Positions 1-13,830 of a stretch of 64,000 nt of DNA are shown here, piece after piece. Within the stretch, counting starts at the first letter, position 1. Each line of letters opens with the position of its first letter. Source of the DNA: Mobula hypostoma (lineage: Eukaryota); contig NC_086109.1 in assembly GCF_963921235.1 (NCBI RefSeq), positions 5,830,001 to 5,894,000 on the forward strand, given 5' to 3'. The translations under genes were made by a program, and so were the position numbers. Under the pieces are notes generated by a model, which was not told the DNA's origin, did not search any database, and saw only the letters and a program-made list of their open reading frames with translations.

Positions 1-1715
1 TAACCGGGAGCAATGCTGGCTTAGTCTTCCTGTAGTCCATCACCATCTCCTTTGTCTTACTGATGCTGAGCTCCTATTTCATACTGGTTGTTTGTCAGTG
101 TTTGTTTGTGCATAGTTTTTCATTGATTAATGGTTGGAAGGCTTTACCTGTGATGGACTGAGCAGTATCCACTACTTTTTTTTAAGATTTCCTAACCAAG
201 AGCATTGGCGTTTCCATACCAGGCTGTGATGCAGTCTGTCAATATACTCTCCACCACACATCTATCGAAGTTTGCCAAAGTTTTAGATGTCATGCCAAAT
301 CTTCACAAACTCCTAAGGAAGAAGAGGTGCTGCTGTGCTTTCTTTGTAATTGCACTTTACCTGGTGAATCCAGGACGGGTCCTCTGAAATGATACCACCG
401 AGGAATTTAAAGACACTGACCCTCTCCACTTCTGATCCTCCAATGAGCACTGGTTCAAAGGAGGAGGAGAAGATGGCGGCGCAACGCAGCACGCAGCGGC
501 CACTCCGGTGAATGATATCTGTAATCTGTCAAGTAGGGTGCCGTGCACAATCTTGATTTGACGGAGACAGATGTGAGAGAATGGAGGAACATCTGGAGAA
601 ACTTCTGAAATGCCTTTTTCGCTACCTTTGTTACTGTATGATCCAGAATCTCCGGAGGCAAAGGCCCCGAATCCTCGGCTTTGCTTGTTGCTCGGTGGCC
701 GGGGCGGGGTCGAAGCGCTCGGCACAGGATGGTGCTCGGTGTCGAAGGGCTGATCGGAGGCTCAAAGTTCTCGGACGGACTCAGAGTCGGCTGTGGTCGG
801 GTGCTTCCAATGCATCGACAGTTTTCGGTGCCTGGAAGTTTATGGCAGAGAGAGTTTCTCCTTTCTGCTGCCTGCTATCGGGGACTATCGGGAGTCGATC
901 GGAACTTTGAGACTTTTTTTTACCATTCTCATGGTCTGGTCTTTATCAAATTATGGTATTGTTTTGCATTGTTGTAACTATATGTTATAATTATGTGGTT
1001 TTGTCAGTGTTAGTCTTTGGTTTGTCTTGTATTTTTTGTGATATCACTCTGGAGGAACATTATATCATTTCTTAATGCATGCATGCATTTCTAAATGACA
1101 ATAAACGAGGACTGAGTGTCCTCATGATCTAATCTAATTCATGGACCTCTGGTGTCCTGCTCCAGAAGCTAATAATCAGCTACTTGGTCTTGCTGACATT
1201 GAGTGAGAGGTTGATGTTGTGGCACCACTCAGCCAGGTTTCCAATCTCTGTCCTATATGCTGATTCATCGCCACCTTTGATTCAGCCTAAGGCAGTGGTG
1301 TCCTCAGCAATATTGAATATGGCATTGGAGCTGTGCTTAGCCACACAGTCGTAAGTGCAAAGTGAGTAGAGTAGGGGGCAAAACACACAACCTTGTGGTG
1401 CCCCTATGCTGATGGAGATTGTGGAGGACATGTTGTTGCACCTGAACTGATTGGGGTCTGCCAGCGAGGAAATCAGGGATCCAATTGCACAAGGTGGTAT
1501 TGAGTCTAAGGTCTCGAAGGTTATTGATTAGTGTTGAGGGGATGAGAGTATTGAATGCCAAGCTGTAGTCAATAAAGAGCACTCTGATGTATGCATCTTT
1601 GCTGTCCAGGTGGTGTAGGGTTGAGTGAAGAGCCAATGAAATAGCATCTGCTGTGGACCTGTTGAACCAGTAGGCAATTTGGAGCAGATCCAAGTCGCTT
1701 CTCAGGTGGAAGTTA
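1..1715 (-). mobile_element. Rex1/Babar-type LINE reverse-transcriptase fragment (decayed, interrupted)
   Basis: ORF 1337-1732 gives [54 protein letters not shown], typical of Rex1 RT. It continues with frameshifts toward position 1. Confidence 0.85.
458..1137 (+). mobile_element. Non-autonomous LINE-derived short retroelement inserted in the Rex1 copy
   Basis: CpG-rich 5' end with AAGATGGCG; 3' end with ACAATAAA and an (aatct)n tail. TTCA is duplicated at 454-457 and 1138-1141, and the host RT sequence resumes across it. Confidence 0.65.
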
Positions 1716-1974
1716 ATAAAATTGATAATCAATAAATAAAATCAAAATGTATATGATTTTTCCATTTTTGTTCTAAATGTTCATTGTATGCATATTACAA
1801 AAATAGACACTCAAAGTGCCATGTAGTTTTCAGGATGTGTAAAAATTTCCTGCTCAGAACAATGGTTGGTCCATGCAGTTGGAAAAAAGATTAGAGGGAA
1901 CTTTGGTCATGGCTGATTATTATCCCTCTCAACCCCATTCTCCTGCCTTCTCCCGTTAACTTTTGATGCCCTGT

Positions 1975-2280
1975 GTAATGGTTGGTGGAACACTTTACTG
2001 AACCAGTGATTGCAAGATCAGGGCTCAGTCCCCACCGCCGTCTCTAAGGAGTCTGTACGTTCTCCCCATGACCGTGTGGGTTTCCTCCAGGCGCTCTGGT
2101 TGCCTCCCACAGCCCAAAGACTTACAGGTTAAGGTTAGTAAGTTGTGGGCGTGCTATGCAGGCACTGGAAGCATTGCGACAGTTGTGAGCCTTCCCCAGC
2201 GCACTGCAAATGACACAAACAATATATTTCACTATGTTTTGAAGTTTCGATGTACATGTGACACATAACGCTTACCTCTC
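1975..2280 (+). mobile_element. HE1/V-SINE-like SINE (representative copy)
   Basis: V-domain-like gtacgttctccccatgaccgtgtgggtttcctcc..ctcccacagcccaaagac. Related copies lie near 4100-4355(-), 26180-26330, 27560-27760(-), 37860-38150, 39480-39620, 43390-43590(-), 48540-48725(-), 51715-51930, 53005-53160(-) and 54990-55210. Confidence 0.75.
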
Positions 2281-2454
2281 TTTGTCATTCCATCCTTTGA
2301 ACTTCTGCTACTCGGTCTAAAATCAAAGATGTTATCACGAGATCCATTGGATTCGGAATTCATAGATTTAGAAGAAACAGAGAAGTTTAAATTGAAATTG
2401 TACAAAGTCCTGACAGGGTTCTACAAGCTGGAAGTGGGGAGGATACTTACCTTA

Positions 2455-2840
2455 AACATGAGAAAGTCTGAAGATGCTGGAAACCCAATGCAACACTCAC
2501 AATGCCGGTCAGGCAGCAAATATGGAAATGAGTAAATAATCAACACTTCAGGCCAAGATTCTTCTTCAGGACTGAGCAGGAAGGGGGACGATGCCAGAAT
2601 AAAAGGGTTGGGGGAGCACCAGGTCATACAGTCAAGGGCTGGAGAAGGAGAGGGCTATGGACCATAGGAGAAAGGGACCGAGGAGGGGACCCAGGGGGAC
2701 GTAATATGCAGATGTGAAGAGGTAAAAGGTCAGAGTGGGGAATACGGGTGGGGAGGGGCAGGGGGGTGGGGTGCAAGTGGAATTTGTTTACCGGAAGGAG
2801 AAGTTAATATTCATGCCATCAAGTTGGAGGCTACCCAGAT
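2455..2840 (-). mobile_element. Penelope-like element 3' fragment with decayed hammerhead motif
   Basis: Minus strand encodes LGSLQLDGMNINFS (end of the GIY-YIG region), then a pyrimidine-rich spacer and cagtcctgaagaagaatcttggcctgaagtgttga. Confidence 0.75.
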
Positions 2841-4584
2841 ACTTGCTTTGTCTGGATTGTCACAGTGAGAGACAGAAGCAGGCCTTTTGGCCCTTTGAGT
2901 CTATACTCACCATCAACCACTCTGTTACACTAATGCTACATTATTCCCACTTTTTAATTCTCTGCTGCATTCCCATTATTCCACCCCCCCCCAGCTCTCC
3001 GCATCCATGAGGAAGTGGCTCTCCCAGATCACCCGTGTACCACCGTAGCGTAACGCTTTGTGCGACTCTATTGCAGTTCGGGGAGTTCAGAGTTCAGAGT
3101 TCGAGTTCAACGCCAGCTTTTGGGGTGTATGGACCATCCAGGGAGGGGTAGCACCTCTAGTGAAGGGGCTTGTCGTGCCCATTCTGGGGCAGATCACTCA
3201 CCTTTGGTCCCCACCAGACACTCAGCTCTCTCCTGTGGCTCCAAGTAGCCGTTTGCATGCGACAGTGGCCACACCCTGGTCCACCCCGGACAGGCGGGCT
3301 AAACCAGGTGAGGGTAGCCGGTGGGTCTCAGGCCCCGGTGAGACAGAGACACGCCTGTCCCAGCACGTGAAGTCAGCTCCAGCGGATGGGGCAGATGAGA
3401 TCTACAGTGAGATCCAAAGGCCAGGGAGGCGGTTCTGCAGCGCTCCGTGGAGCGCGAGGGGCGTGACAAGCCACAGAAGTCATGTCATCCACTGCAACCA
3501 AGGAAGGTCCCAGCTTGTGACGCTTGTTCGTACCCCTGGACCCGGACTTCTGAGTTTGAGAGAGTGGAACTGCCCCAGTGCAATGGGTTTTCCACTTTAA
3601 AAACTCTCCTGCACAAGCTTCCTGTCATCGTTTTTATGATTCTAATAAAGCTACCATCCACAGAGGAGTTTAAAGTCATTGTGTACTTGAACAATGACAC
3701 AAAAAAGAGGCCCTTAGGCCCAAATGCTTCATGCTGACCGCGTTGCCCATCTGAGCTACTCTTATTTGTCCGAGTTTGGCCTGGATCGCTCTAAACCAGT
3801 GGTTGCCAGCCTTTTTGTTATGCTATGGACCAATACCATTAAGCAAAGAGTCCGTGGACACCAGGTTGAGAAACCCTGCTCTAAACCTTTCCTATCTATG
3901 TACCTGTCCAAATGTCTTCTAAACATTATTGTACCTGCCTCAACCACTTCCTCTGGCAACTCGTTCTGTATACGCACTAGCCTCTGTGTGAAGAAGTTGC
4001 CCCTCAGGTCCCCTTTTAAATCTTTCCCATCTCACCTTAAAACTAAGCCGTCTATTTTTTGATTCTTTTTGCCTGAGGGAGAAAGACTGTGTGCATTTAT
4101 CGTATCTTTGACTTGATTTGCCACTTGCACATCGCAATATCGAAAACTGCAATGGAATGCGTTGTTTGTTGCCAACAACCAACAGGGGGCTGAGCGGGGG
4201 GCAGCTCGCAAGTGTCGCCACGCTTCTGGTGCCAACATGCCATGCCCGCGAACCTGTACGTGTTTGGAATGAGTGAGGAAACTGGTGTGTCACGGGGAGA
4301 ATATATGGACACCGACAGGAATTGAACCTTAATCACAGGCACTGTGAAGTGTTATGCCCATCGGCTAGAATAGTTGGCATTTCTTGTTCATAAGTAACAA
4401 ACTATCATACCCCCAAGTAAAATCTCCCCCAAGGCTGCACCGATACATAAAAACATCCTGTGAATCTGTCCGCAGATGCAGTGGGTGTGATTTTCCACAA
4501 ATCACAAAAAAAGCAATTTGATTTTTTTTTTACCTGAATCATTTCTTATTTGGAATGAGTAGTTTTCTTCTGACTCTCTGTAAT

Positions 4585-7500
4585 GAGAGACAGAGAGAGG
4601 GAGAGAGAGGGGGAGAGAGGGGAAAGGGGAGGGGGGAGAGAGGGGGGAAAAGAGAGGGGGAGAGAGGGAGAGAGAGGGGGAGAGAGGGGGAGAGAGGGGG
4701 AAGGGGAGGGGGAGAGAGGGGGGGAGAGAGGGGGAGAGAGAGGAGAGAGAGGGGAGAGAGGGAGAGAGGGGGAGAGAGAGGGGAGGAAAGAGGGAAAGAG
4801 AGGGGGAGAGGGAGAGAGAGGGGGAGAGGGGGGGAAGGGGAGGGGGGAGAGAGGGGGGGAGAGAGGGGGAGAGAGAGGAGAGAGAGGGGGAGAGACAGGG
4901 GGAGAGAGGGGAAGAGAGAGGTGAGAGAGAGGGGGAGAGAGAGGTGAGAGAGAGGGGGAGAGAGAGGGGTAGAGAGGGGAGGGGAGAGAGAGGGGGAGAG
5001 ATAGGAGAGGAGGAGAGAGGGGGAGAGAGAGGGGAGGAAAGAGGGAAAGAGAGGGGGAGAGGGAGAGAGAGGGGGAGAGGGGGGGAGAGAGAGGGGGAGA
5101 GAGGGGGGAGAGAGGGGGAGAGAGAGGGAGAGAGGGGGAGAGACAGGGGGAGAGAGGGGAAGAGAGAGGTGAGAGAGAGGGGGAGAGAGAGGTGAGAGAG
5201 AGGGGGAGAGAGAGGGGTAGAGAGGGGAGGGGAGAGAGAGGGGGAGAGATAGGAGAGGAGGAGAGAGGGGGAGAGGGGAGAGACAGGGAGAGAGAGGGGA
5301 AGAGAGAGGTGAGAGAGAGGGGGAGAGAGGGGGAGAGAGGGGGAGAGAGAGGGGGAGAGAGGGGGAGAGAGGGAGAGAGGGGGGGAGAGAGAGGGGGAGA
5401 GAGGGAGGGGGGGAAGATCGGGGGAGAGAGGGGGAGAGAGGGAGAGAGAGGGGGAGAGAGGAGAGGGGAAGAGAGAGGGGGGAGAGAGGAGAGGGAGAGA
5501 GAGGGAGAGAGAGCGGGAGAGAGGGGGAGAGAGAGGGGGAGAGAGGGGGGGAGAGGGGGAGAGAGGGGGAGAGGGGGGAGAGGTGAGAGAGAGGGGGAGA
5601 GAGAGAGGGAGAGAGAGGGTGAGAGAGGGGGAGAGAGAGGGTGAGAGAGGGGGGAGAGAGAGGGTGAGAGCAGGAGAGAGAGAGGGGGGAGAGAGTGGGA
5701 GGGAGAGGGGAGAGAGGGGGGGAGGGGGAGAGAGGGAGAGAGAGGGTGAGAGAAGTGGGAGAGAGGGGGAGAGAGAGGGAGAGAGAGGGGGAGAGAGGGG
5801 GAGAGAGGGAGAGAGGGGGAGAGAGGAGGAGAGAGAGGGGGAGAGAGGGAGAGAGGGGGGGAGAGAGCGGGGGAGAGAGGGGGAGAGAGGGAGAGAGAGA
5901 GGGGGAAGAGGAGAGGGGGAGAGAGAGGGGGGAGAGAGGAGAGGGAGAGAGAAGGAGAGAGAGGGGAGAGAGAGGGAGAGAGGAGAGGGGGGAGAGAGGG
6001 GGAGAGAGGGAGAGGGGGGAGAGAGAGGGGGAGAGAGGGAGGGGGGGAAAGATCGGGGGAGAGAGGGGGAGAGAGGGAGAGAGAGGGAGAGAGGAGAGGG
6101 GAAGAGAGAGGGGGGAGAGAGGAGAGGGAGAGAGAGGGAGAGAGAGCGGGAGAGAGGGGGAGAGAGAGGGGGAGAGAGGGGGGAGAGGGGGGCAGAGAGG
6201 GGGAGAGGGGGGAGAGGTGAGAGAGAGGGGGAGAGAGGGGGAGAGAGAGGGGGATAGAGGGGGAGGAAGAGAGGTGAGAGAGAGGGGAAGAGAGGGGAGA
6301 GAGAGGTGAGAGAGAGGGGGGAGAGTAGGGGAGAGGGGGAGAGAGAGGGGGAGAGGGGAGAGAGGGGGAGAGAGGGGGAGAGAGAGGGAGAGAGGGGGAG
6401 AGAGAGGGAGAGAGGGGGGGAGAGGGGGGAGATTGGGGGAGGGAGAGGGAGAGAGAGGGGAGAGGGGGAGAGAGAGGAAGAGAGAGGGAGAGAGGGGGAG
6501 AGAGGGGGAGAGAGAGGGAGAGAGGGGGAGAGAGAGGGAGAGAGGGGGGGAGAGGGGGGAGATTGGGGGAGGGAGAGGGAGAGAGAGGGGAGAGGGGGAG
6601 GGAGGGGATGAGAGGGGGAGAGAGGGGGAGATAGGGGGAGAGAGAGGGAGAGAGGGGAGAGAGGGGGAGAGAGAGGGAGAGAGGGGGGAGAGAGGGGGGA
6701 GAGTAGGGGAGAGGGGGAGAGAGGGGGAGAGAGAGGGAGAGAGGGGAGAGAGGGGGAGAGAGAGGGGAGAGAGGGGAGAGAGGGGGAGAGAGAGGGAGAG
6801 AGGGGGAGAGAGGGGGGAGATTGGGGGAGGGAGAGGGAGAGAGAGGGGAGAGAGGGAGAGAGAGGGGGAGAGAGAGGGAGAGAGGGGGGAGAGAGGGGGG
6901 AGAGTAGGGGAGAGGGGGAGAGAGGGGGAGAGAGAGGGAGAGAGGGGAGAGAGGGGGAGAGAGAGGGAGAGAGGGGAGAGAGGGGGAGAGAGGGGGGAGA
7001 TTGGGGGAGGGAGAGGGAGAGAGGGGGAGAGAGGGAGAGAGAGGGGGAGAGAGAGGGTGAGAGCGGGAGAGAGAGAGGGGGGGGAGAGAGGGGGAGGGAG
7101 AGGAGAGAGAGAGGGAGAGAGAGGGGGAGAGAGGTGAGAGAGAGGGGAGAGAGGGGGGAGGGGGAGAGAGTGAGAGAGAGGGTGAGAGAAGTGGGAGAGA
7201 GGGGGACAGAGAGGGAGAGAGAGGGGGCAGAGAGGGGGAGAGAGGGAGAGAGAGAGAGGGGGAGAGAGGAGGAGAGAGAGGGGGAGAGAGGGGGGGGAAA
7301 GAGCGGGGGAGAGAGGGGGAGAGAGGGAGAGAGAGGGGGAGAGAGGAGAGGGGGAGAGAGAGGGGGGAGAGAGGAGAGGGAGAGAGGAGAGGGAGAGAGA
7401 AGGAGAGAGAGGGGGAGAGAGAGGGGGGAGAGAGGGAGAGAGAGGGGGAGAGGTGAGAGAGAGGGGGAGAGAGAGAGAGGGAGAGAGAGAGGGGAGAGAG

Positions 7501-8720
7501 AGGGGGAGGGAGAGGGGGAGAGAGGGGAAGAGAGAGGTGAGAGAGAGGGGGAGAGAGAGAGAGGGAGAGAGAGAGGGGAGAGAGAGGGGGAGGGAGAGGG
7601 GGAGAGAGGGGAAGAGGGAGGTGAGAGAGAGGAGGAGAGAGGGGGGGAGAGAGGACGGAGAGAGGAGAAGGGGGAGAGAGGGGGAGGGAGAGGGGGAGAG
7701 AGGGGGAGAGAGGGGGAGAGAGAGGGGGGAGAGAGGGGGAGAGGGGGAGAGAAGGGGAGAGGGGGAGAGGGGGGAGAGATAGGAGAGGGGGAGAGAGGGA
7801 GAGAGAGGTGGAGAGAGAGGGGGATAGAGGGGGAGAGAGAGGGGGAGAGGGGGAGAGAAGGGGAGAGGGGGAGAGGGGGAGAGGGAGGAGAGGGGGAGAG
7901 AGGGGGAGAGAGAGGTGGAGAGAGAGGGGGAGAGAGGGGGAGAGAGAGGGGGAGAGAGGGGGAGGAAGAGAGGTGAGAGAGAGGGGAAGAGAGGGGAGAG
8001 AGAGGTGAGAGAGAGGGGGGAGAGTAGGGGAGAGGGGGAGAGAGAGGGGGGAGAGGGGAGAGAGGGGGAGAGAGGGGGAGAGAGGGGGAGAGAGAGGGAG
8101 AGAGGGGGGAGAGAGGGGGAGAGAGAGGGAGAGAGGGGGGGGAGAGGGGGGAGATTGGGGAGGGAGAGGGAGAGAGAGGGGAGAGGGGGAGAGAGAGGAA
8201 GAGAGAGAGAGGGGGAGAGAGGGGGAGAGAGAGGGAGAGAGGGGAGAGAGGGGGAGAGAGATGGAGAGAGGGGAGAGAGGGGGAGAGAGAGGGAGAGAGG
8301 GGGGAGAGAGGGGGGAGATTGGGGGAGGGAGAGGGAGAGAGAGGGGAGAGAGGGGAGAGAGAGGTGAGAGAGAGGAGGAGAGGGGGAGAGAAGGGGAGAG
8401 GGGGACATAGGGGAGAGGGGGAGAGAAGGAGAGAGGGGGAGAGGGGGGAGAGGGAGGAGAGGGGGAGAGAGGGGGAGAGAGAGGTGGAGAGAGAGGGGGA
8501 GAGAGGGGGAGGAAGAGAGGTGAGAGAGAGGGGGAGGGGGAGAGAGAGGTGAGAGAGAGGGGGGAGAGAGGGGGAGAGGGGAAGAGAGGGGAGAGAGAGG
8601 TGAGAGAGAGGGGGGAGAGTAGGGGAGAGGGGGAGAGAGAGGAAGAGAGAGGGAGAGAGAGGGAGAGAGGGGAGAGAGAGGTGAGAGAGAGGGGAGAGAG
8701 AGGGGAGAGAGATAGAGAAA
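4585..8720 (+). repeat. ~4.1 kb polypurine (G/A) low-complexity satellite
   Basis: Almost exclusively G and A (GAGAGGGG-type units) with recurrent variant words (gaggtgaga, gattggggga, gagtagggga). Source of the 1400-aa S/P/L and R/E/G pseudo-ORFs. Confidence 0.97.
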
Positions 8721-9376
8721 GTGTGTTGCACTTACTGGAGACATATGAGGCAGCAGAAAAGTCATCACTCAACAGCTGGCAGGCACAGTTGTGCAACAAG
8801 TTCAAGGCAACTCAGTCACTGGCAACCGATACTCATTCTCACCTACCAGACTAACACACTGAATCTCCTTTGATGCTTTCAATTAATTTCTAGGAGGCCC
8901 TGTAATGGACCGATGCTTGAAAATGAGTCGTGAATCAAAGGAAACCTCATGTAAGGTTTGAGGAGTGAAATTAGTTTCTCATTTCCTCAAGCACCAAAAG
9001 CACTCTGGCTCAGCAAAACAAGCCAAGAGTTAATGCAATAATAATCAGAAAATGCTGCACAAGGTCGGAAAAAGCTGCAGAAAGTTGTAAACTCAGTCAG
9101 CTCCATCATGGGCACTAGCCTCCCCAGCATCGAGAACACCTTCAAAAGGTGATGCCTCTGACAGGCAGCGTCCATCATTAAGGACCCCCATCACCCAGGA
9201 CAGGCCCTCTTCTCATTACTACCATCAGAGGAGAGGTACGAGAGACTGAAGACACACCCTCAAATTTTCAGGAACAGCTTCCCCTCCGCCATCCAAATGG
9301 CCAATTAACCCATGTACATTACCTCACTATTTTTTCTCCCTCTCTCTTTTTGCACTACTTTCTAATTTATATATAT

Positions 9377-10124
9377 ACAAAACCCCCTATGACCAGGCTT
9401 CTCTAGAGATGCAGCTTGTTAGCCCCTCGCTAACAGCCACCAGGCTCAGTGTTGAGAGAACCCCTTTCTCAGACTCCGTACGTCTAGGGTAAATACGACT
9501 TGGGTCCCGCCAAACCCGTGAGGCTGGGATGTCTCACCCACCCAAACCCCAGTGTGTGTGAATACTGTGTGATTTACTGCCCATCGGCAAGAAATAACAG
9601 ATCATACACTGCATACAATTATAAAGTAAGTGTATTTATGAATGTTAACTTAACCAAAGAGTTATGAAAGAAAAGAAAGAAAAAGAAGACAAAAAGGGCC
9701 CAATGTAATTACACCGTCAACGGTGCACTGGTTGGAGCTCAAGTCTTCCAAAAGCCGATGTGTCCAATGTAGTCACTGCGCCAATCCCTGGCAGAATCTT
9801 AGGCCCCTGGCAGAATCTTAGGCCCCTCTTAGGCTCCACTGGATGACACATCCCTGCCGTATGGCCAGTTCTCTCAAGTTTCTTCTCTCCATCTCTTGCC
9901 AAAAAAAGACCTTGACTCACCTCAGCACCTGTCACAAAACCTCGCTCCCAGTGTTCTCTAGAACCCTCTCCCAGTCCCACCCTCCTGATTGGATGACGCA
10001 ACATTCCCAAGCATCCCTTATCTTTAACGGTAGCCCAAACACTACCAGCAGAACACACTGCTTCTACAGAAAACTGTTACCTGAAATACAACATTAGCAG
10101 TAAAATCTTTACCAGGGCATTACA
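9377..10124. mobile_element. Probable solo LTR-like insert inside a Rex1 3'UTR
   Basis: A ~750 bp block ending in ...cagggcattaca (CA end) splits a Rex1 3' tail (9050-9375 / 10125-10245). The left end is degenerate. Internal tandem duplication of ccctggcagaatcttaggcc. Confidence 0.4.
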
Positions 10125-10402
10125 TATTTATTTCTTATTATAACATAGTTTTTAACGTTATGTATTACAATGTATTGCTGCCACAAAGCAACGAATTTTA
10201 CGACATATGCCAGTGATATAAAACCTGATTCTAATATTCTGATTCTGAGGCAGAGAACATGTAATGCAAAACAGACTGTCCTCTTGACCAATCTTATTAG
10301 CAGTTCCAACCAACAGACTCCTTTCTCTTCCTCCTCCTTCTATATTGTGGATTCTCCCCTCTTCCTTTCCAGTCCTGATGAAGGATCTTAGCCTGAAATG
10401 CT

Positions 10403-11563
10403 CATTTTTAAATCTTTTTATTAATTATTATTGAAAATCAACAAAAAATACATTAAAGTAGTTAAATCAACATATCAATATATACAATAAGAGTTAAACT
10501 ATCAAATAACTGCTAACCAAGCTAAACAGTATACCAATAATAATAAGAAAAAACAAAATACTTATACTTTATACTTCATTGTCGCCAAACAATTGATACT
10601 GGAACGTACAATCATCACAGCGATATTTGATTCTGCGCTTCCCGCTCCCTGGATTACAAATATTAAATCTTTAAAATATTAAAAATAGTAACACTTAGTA
10701 AATATTAAAAATTTAAATTATAAATCATAAATAGAAAATAGAAAAAATGGAAAGTAAGGTAGTGCAAAAAAAACCGAGAGGCAGGTCCGGATATTTGGAG
10801 GGTACGACCCAGATCCGGGTCAGGATCCATTCAGCAGTCTTATCACAGTTGGAAAGAAGCTGTTCCCAAATCTGGCCGTATGAGTCTTCAAGCTCCTGAG
10901 CCTTCTCCCGGAGGGAAGAGGGACGAAAAGTGCATTGGCTGGGTGGGTTGTGTCCTTGATTATCCTGGCAGCACTGCTCCGACAGCGTGCGGTGTAAAGT
11001 GAGTCCATGGACGGAAGATTGGTTTGTGTGATGTGCTGTGCTGTGTTCACGATCTTCTGCAGCTTCTTTCGGTCTTGGACAGGACAACTTCCATACCAGG
11101 TTGTGATGCACCCTAGAAGAATTCTTTCTTTGATGCATCTATAAAAATTAGTGAGGGTTTTAGGGGACAGGCCAAATTTCTTTAGCTTTCTCAGGAAGTA
11201 AAGGCGCTAGTGGGCCTTCTTGGCAGTGAACTCTGCTTGGTTGGACCAAGTCAGGTCATTTGTGATATTGACCCCAAGGAGCTTAAAGCTTTTGATCTGT
11301 TCCACAAAATGTTAAAACTATTATTTTTTTGGAAAAAAGAAGCCCTACTAACTAAAACAAAAAAAAACCCTACTAACCAAAAAAAAAACATTGGGAGCAC
11401 AACCCCAGAGCTCTACGCCATACAAGCTCCCATAAAAGAAAAAACATCAATCTGCCAACCAGAACCAATTACACAAGAAGGGGACCACCTTAATTAACTC
11501 AAATCAAATGATAGTAGCGGGCAAAAGAACCCCATCTTTTCTCAAAGTCAAATCAAGGACCAA
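10403..11563 (-). mobile_element. L1-like LINE 3' end with 16-bp TSD
   Basis: cttagcctgaaatgct is duplicated at 10387-10402 and 11564-11579. Minus strand ends ORF2-like (DFEKRWGSFARYYHLI*), followed by a 3'UTR and A-rich tail. Confidence 0.7.
10560..11303 (-). mobile_element. Rex1/Babar 3' fragment nested in the L1-like insert
   Basis: Encodes ..IIKDTTHPANALFVPLPSGRRLRSLKTHTARFGNSFFPTVIRLLN (Rex1 C-terminus). acaaaat occurs at both flanks (10553-10559, 11304-11310). Confidence 0.85.
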
Positions 11564-12542
11564 CTTAGCCTGAAATGCTGACGGTTCATTCCCCTCCGTA
11601 TTTGCTGTCTGACCTGTTGAGTTCTGTCGACACTGTCTGGCCCACTGATTTCCTCCAGCATTTTGGTTGTGTTGCTCTAGGCTTCCAGCATCTGCAGAAT
11701 TTCTTATGTTTGTAAGCATTACCTCAGCTTCCTTCTCCACGGGCGGGGCCTGAAGAGATCCAGCATCTTGTTTCATATCTTCAGCATCTGCATCATTTCA
11801 CTCTTGGTGGAAATTAACTCATGCAGTAATTTTCTGATTGTAATATTTATGTGATGTTTGGGTAAGTGCATGGATTGGAGGGGTAAGGAGGACTATGGTC
11901 CAGGTGCAAATTGGTGGGACTGGGCAGAATAACAGTTTGGCATAGACTAGGGCCTGTTTCTGTGCTGTAGTGCTGTATGTCTCTATGACAAGAGAGCTGT
12001 ACAGCAGAAGAAATTGCTGATGCTGGAATCTGGAGCTCAAAAAAAAAGGTCAGGGAGTATCTGTGGAGGGACATGGACAATCAACAATGGGGGTGGAGAC
12101 CTTTTGTCTGGATGGAGAGGTGGGGGGGGACAGCTGGTATAAAGAGATGGGGGTAAGGAGTTGAGCAAGAGCAAAGTCTTTCATCTCATCTCATTCACTA
12201 CAAACCTCTCGAAGGGAGGCCATTGAGAAAGTGGGGTGAGTCCCCTCCTTGACCACATGGGTGAGGATGCTCCCACAGTGCAGGCAGGAAGCGAGGTCCA
12301 GCATTTGGACCCAGTGATGGAGATGGAGCAGTGATGTACTTCCATGTCGAGATGATGTCTGAATTGGAGTGGAACTGGGAAGCTGAGGTGTACCCGTCTA
12401 CCTGCTACCCTTGTCCAGTGTCTGTCCCTGTGGTGGAGGTCGAGGATCTGGAAGGCGCTGGCCTGCTTGTGGGAGTCGTTGCAATGTGTTTTACAGACGC
12501 TATGTGAATAAGTTTGTGAAAGTGGTTACATATGGTTACATA

Positions 12543-12564
12543 TGTGTGTGTGTGAGAGAGAGAG

Positions 12565-12602
<38 letters not shown>

Positions 12603-12605
12603 AGA
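12543..12605 (+). repeat. Compound (TG)n(AG)n(TG)n microsatellite
   Basis: Directly visible. Confidence 0.95.
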
Positions 12606-13022
12606 TCTGCGCATGCCTGTTTGTGCTTGTGTGTATGTTCTGTGTGGGTTGAGTTCTGATTCAAAAGAAGGCATCCGTCGTTAAGGACCCCCTTTACCTA
12701 AGACATGTTCGTTTCTCACTGTTACCATCAGGAAGGAGGTACAGGAGCCTGAAGACACACACTCAGTGATTCAGGAACAGCTTCTTCCCCTCTGCCATCA
12801 GGTTTCTGAATGGACATTGAACCCATGAACACTACCTCATTATTTCTTTCTTCTTTTTTGCTCCCTTTTTGCACAAATTATTTATTTTTAAATATATATT
12901 TATGATTGTAACTTAGTTTTAAAAAAAAATATTATTGCATACTGCAATGCACTGCTGCTACAAAACAAAATTCGTGATGTATGCCAGAGATACTAAACAT
13001 GATTCTGATCCTGCCTGCATTC

Positions 13023-13830
<808 letters not shown>

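Noticed and set aside
8736..8845. Minus-strand exon ending in a GTAAGT donor
   Set aside because: No convincing acceptor, and stops in all three frames from the nearest plausible AG.
4502..8854. ~1400-aa S/P/L-rich ORFs and R/E/G-rich ORFs
   Set aside because: Open in all frames only because the purine/pyrimidine tract lacks stop codons; no protein signal.
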